Below are positions 61,871 through 64,000 of a stretch of DNA of 64,000 bases, one piece after another. The stretch spans positions 24,077-88,076 of the forward strand of contig DASSII010000029.1 of the NCBI GenBank assembly GCA_035692005.1. The letters are read 5' to 3'. The first letter of the stretch is position 1. Each line of letters opens with the position of its first letter. The notes under the pieces were generated by a model. The model had not been told where the DNA came from. It made no database searches and worked only from the letters and a program-made list of their open reading frames with translations. Source of the stretch: Candidatus Limnocylindrales bacterium. GTDB lineage: Bacteria > Chloroflexota > Limnocylindria > Limnocylindrales > CSP1-4. The translations under genes were made by a program, and so were the position numbers.

Positions 61871-63238
61871 CTAGCGTCGGGGGGTGGCGGTCGTGCTGGT
61901 CGCGACCGATCCACGCAGCTCGAGCGTGAACGACCCAGCCGTCAGGCCGTCGATGGTCGCGCTGACGACGTAGCACGGGTCGGCCAGACGTGCGGTGTCG
62001 AGCGTCGTGTTCCATCGACCGCCGGAGTAGACGAGTCCGACCGAGGTGGTCGCCGCGCCGCCGCAGGCGACCAGCGACAGGCGCGCATCGCCGGTCCCTC
62101 GCTCGCTGCCGTCGACCGTCAATCGCAGCTTGACCGGAACGCTCCGCCCACGGTTGGCGCCGAACGTGCCGCCGCTGCCCACCGGCTCGAGCCAGGTCGC
62201 CGTGGCCGTGTGCGCTGTCGCGTAGCGGACGGTGATCGCGAAGGTGTCACTGGAGCTCTTGCCCGAGTCGTCCGTGGCGGTGCAGGTCACGGTGGTCGTG
62301 CCCCTACCGAGGTGGCTGCCGCTGGCCGGCACGCAATCCACGGTCGGGCTGGCGTCGACGACGTCGGCGGCGATCGGCATCGGGTAGCTGATGGTGGTCC
62401 CGGTCGGGTCGCTCGTGGTCAGGGTCTGATCGGCCGGCATGGCCGTCAGCGTCGGCGGCGTGGTGTCGACGACCGTGACCTCGAACGAGCCTGTATCGGA
62501 GCGGCCATCCGTATCGGTGACCGAACACGACACGGTCGTGGTCCCGAGCGGCAGCACGTCACCCGCTGCCGGCACACAGCTCGGTGTCGGGTCAGGCGAG
62601 TCCTCGGGGTCGGTGGCGCCGACCCCCGACCAGTCGGCGGTCCACCCGCCGGTGGTGTCACCCTCGACGCTGAAAGGATCTGGCAGGAGCAGCGTCGGAG
62701 CCGTGTTGCCACGCACGTCCAGGGTGAAGTCGACGGTCGTCGGCGTGCGGCCGATGGCCTGGTCGTCGTTGGCACCCTCCGGAGACAGCACGCGGTCCCA
62801 TGAGATGGTGAAGGGGTAGCCCTTGCCCGGAACGGTCGGGGCGCGCAGGGTCACCCGACTCCACGAGCCGTTGTCCGTCGAGGGAGCCGGCGTCGGACAA
62901 CCCTCGTCGTCGACCGCCCAGTCGCCCTCGATCGGGTCGAGCGTGGCGGAGCCGACCGACACGATCTGGCCGTCACCAGACTGGCTGCCGCCGCCGAAGG
63001 TCAGGGCGATCGACTGCCCGGGATCGACGTGACTGAGCCCGGCACAGGTCAGCACGAAGCGGACGTCGACGCTGACCTCGGCGCCTGGGTCGACCACGCC
63101 GAGGTGGACCGTCGCGTCCGTCTGGCTGGTGAGGACGTCGCCGTCGGCAGCGACGTCATCGGCCGCTGCGATCCCGGCCGACAGGAGCAGCGCCGCCATC
63201 GACAGGGCGGCGGCGCGGTGGAGCGATCGGTGGCTCAT
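61871..63238 (-). CDS. Secreted protein with two HYR (hyalin-repeat) Ig-like domains
   Basis: 455 aa from ATG 63238 with the signal peptide MSHRSLHRAAALSMAALLLSAGIAAA. Two HYR-type units: PSCVPAAGDVLPLGTTTVSCSVTDTDGRSDTGSFEVTVVDTTPP and TVDCVPASGSHLGRGTTTVTCTATDDSGKSSSDTFAITV. Confidence 0.75.
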   Translation of the reverse strand: MSHRSLHRAAALSMAALLLSAGIAAADDVAADGDVLTSQTDATVHLGVVDPGAEVSVDVRFVLTCAGLSHVDPGQSIALTFGGGSQSGDGQIVSVGSATLDPIEGDWAVDDEGCPTPAPSTDNGSWSRVTLRAPTVPGKGYPFTISWDRVLSPEGANDDQAIGRTPTTVDFTLDVRGNTAPTLLLPDPFSVEGDTTGGWTADWSGVGATDPEDSPDPTPSCVPAAGDVLPLGTTTVSCSVTDTDGRSDTGSFEVTVVDTTPPTLTAMPADQTLTTSDPTGTTISYPMPIAADVVDASPTVDCVPASGSHLGRGTTTVTCTATDDSGKSSSDTFAITVRYATAHTATATWLEPVGSGGTFGANRGRSVPVKLRLTVDGSERGTGDARLSLVACGGAATTSVGLVYSGGRWNTTLDTARLADPCYVVSATIDGLTAGSFTLELRGSVATSTTATPRR

Positions 63239-63401
63239 GGCAGGGCGACTCCAAGGCTGCTCTGTCCGATCGACGCGCCGCCGGACGAGGGCATGCCGGA
63301 ATCGTGGCGAGGCCGGAGCCGCCCGCCCATAGTCACTTGGGGCCCTTCGGTGCGCCGTCGCGCCCCCCGTCGGTACCGGTTCGGTGCCCGGAATCACCGA
63401 A

Positions 63402-63420
63402 ACCCGGGCGAGGCCCGGGT
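63402..63420 (-). terminator. Candidate terminator hairpin after the 5'-nucleotidase-like gene
   Basis: The minus strand reads ACCCGGGC ctc GCCCGGGT followed by TTCGGTGATT, 33 nt after the stop at 63453. Confidence 0.45.
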
Positions 63421-63452
63421 CTCGGTGCTGGTGCGCGAAGGCTGGGGCGGGG

Positions 63453-64000
63453 CTACGGCCCCTTGATGATCCGGCCGTCCACGGTCGGGGCGACCGGTGA
63501 GTGGGCGGTCACGTACTCGATGGCGACATCGAGCAGGGCGTCCCCCGGCTGCAGGACGTCCGTGCCGCCGGTGAAGGCCGTGTAGCCGTCGCCGCCGGTG
63601 AACATGAAGTCGTTCGTCACGAACCGGACCGTGTCCGTCGGACCGACGGGGGTGGCCGGGCCGGCCGGACCGGCCGGCGTCTTCCAGATGCCGTCCACGA
63701 CCGGTGTCGTGCCGGCGCAGTGATAGGTCACCTTGAGCCCGGAGATCTGCGGGAATCGACCGGTGCCTCCGGCGAACGCCGGATCGCAGGCGGGCGTGAA
63801 CCCGTTGAGGAACGCCGCGGTGAGCTCGGCACCGGTGAGGGTCTCGATGACCGTCCGATTGCCGAATGGCAGCACGGCGAACATCTCGCCCCAGGTGATC
63901 TCGCCGGGTTGCTCGCCAGCGCTCGGCGGCGTCGACACGACGTCGGCGCGCAGACCACCCGAGTTGGTATAGGCGGCCTCGACGCCCGGATACTTGGCAC
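63453..64000 (-). CDS. 5'-nucleotidase/UshA-family protein, C-terminal part (gene runs off the window end)
   Basis: The frame is open to position 64000: AKYPGVEAAYTNSGGLRADVVS...ITWGEMFAVLPFGNRTVIETLTGAEL...VTNDFMFTGGDGY, which is the 5'-nucleotidase C-terminal domain pattern. Confidence 0.8.
   Translation of the reverse strand, partial: AKYPGVEAAYTNSGGLRADVVSTPPSAGEQPGEITWGEMFAVLPFGNRTVIETLTGAELTAAFLNGFTPACDPAFAGGTGRFPQISGLKVTYHCAGTTPVVDGIWKTPAGPAGPATPVGPTDTVRFVTNDFMFTGGDGYTAFTGGTDVLQPGDALLDVAIEYVTAHSPVAPTVDGRIIKGP

Overview
Very GC-rich, gene-dense bacterial chromosomal window. I support about 62 protein-coding genes and 8 tRNA genes in three loci. I recognised no rRNA, CRISPR array, transposase, integrase or prophage. 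Gene content looks monoderm (LCP wall-polymer ligase, WhiA, YvcK/RapZ, Asp23/DAK2, SecDF, TatAC); an Actinomycetota-like or related high-GC lineage is an inference only.

About 85% of genes lie on the minus strand. Many are translationally coupled through 4-nt (ATGA/GTGA) or 8-nt start/stop overlaps.

Housekeeping blocks, in coordinate order:
- nusB, asp23, plsX, rpmF, GNAT, yceD, coiled-coil protein, coaD, rsmD, recG, DAK2, asp23, then rpmB on the plus strand
- dtd, rpe, rlmN, fmt, def
- priA, gmk, rluD, lspA, ileS
- ilvE
- rpsR, ssb, rpsF
- secG, gpmI, tpiA, whiA, yvcK, rapZ, tatC, tatA, pyrF
- recJ, secF, secD, uvrC

The most accessory-looking stretch (about 28.8-41.7 kb) lies around and between tRNA-Leu(TAA) and a four-tRNA operon. 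It holds an orphan TadZ/CpaE-like ATPase with a degenerate receiver domain and a NarL-type two-component system. That system is divergent from an operon of two paralogous RND permeases flanking a 144-aa lipoprotein. The lipoprotein looks like only the membrane-proximal part of an RND adaptor. This is my best candidate for an undescribed system.

Other points worth a second look:
- an IleRS with non-canonical class-I signature motifs
- Rpe with an extra C-terminal domain
- recurrent TGn-TAnnnT promoters, and -10 boxes 6-7 nt from start codons (candidate leaderless mRNAs)
- a possible AUC start codon
- several intergenic palindromes and tandem repeats

The many long ORFs antisense to real genes are treated as high-GC artefacts. 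All calls rest on reading the translations and sequence by eye; no database search was run.
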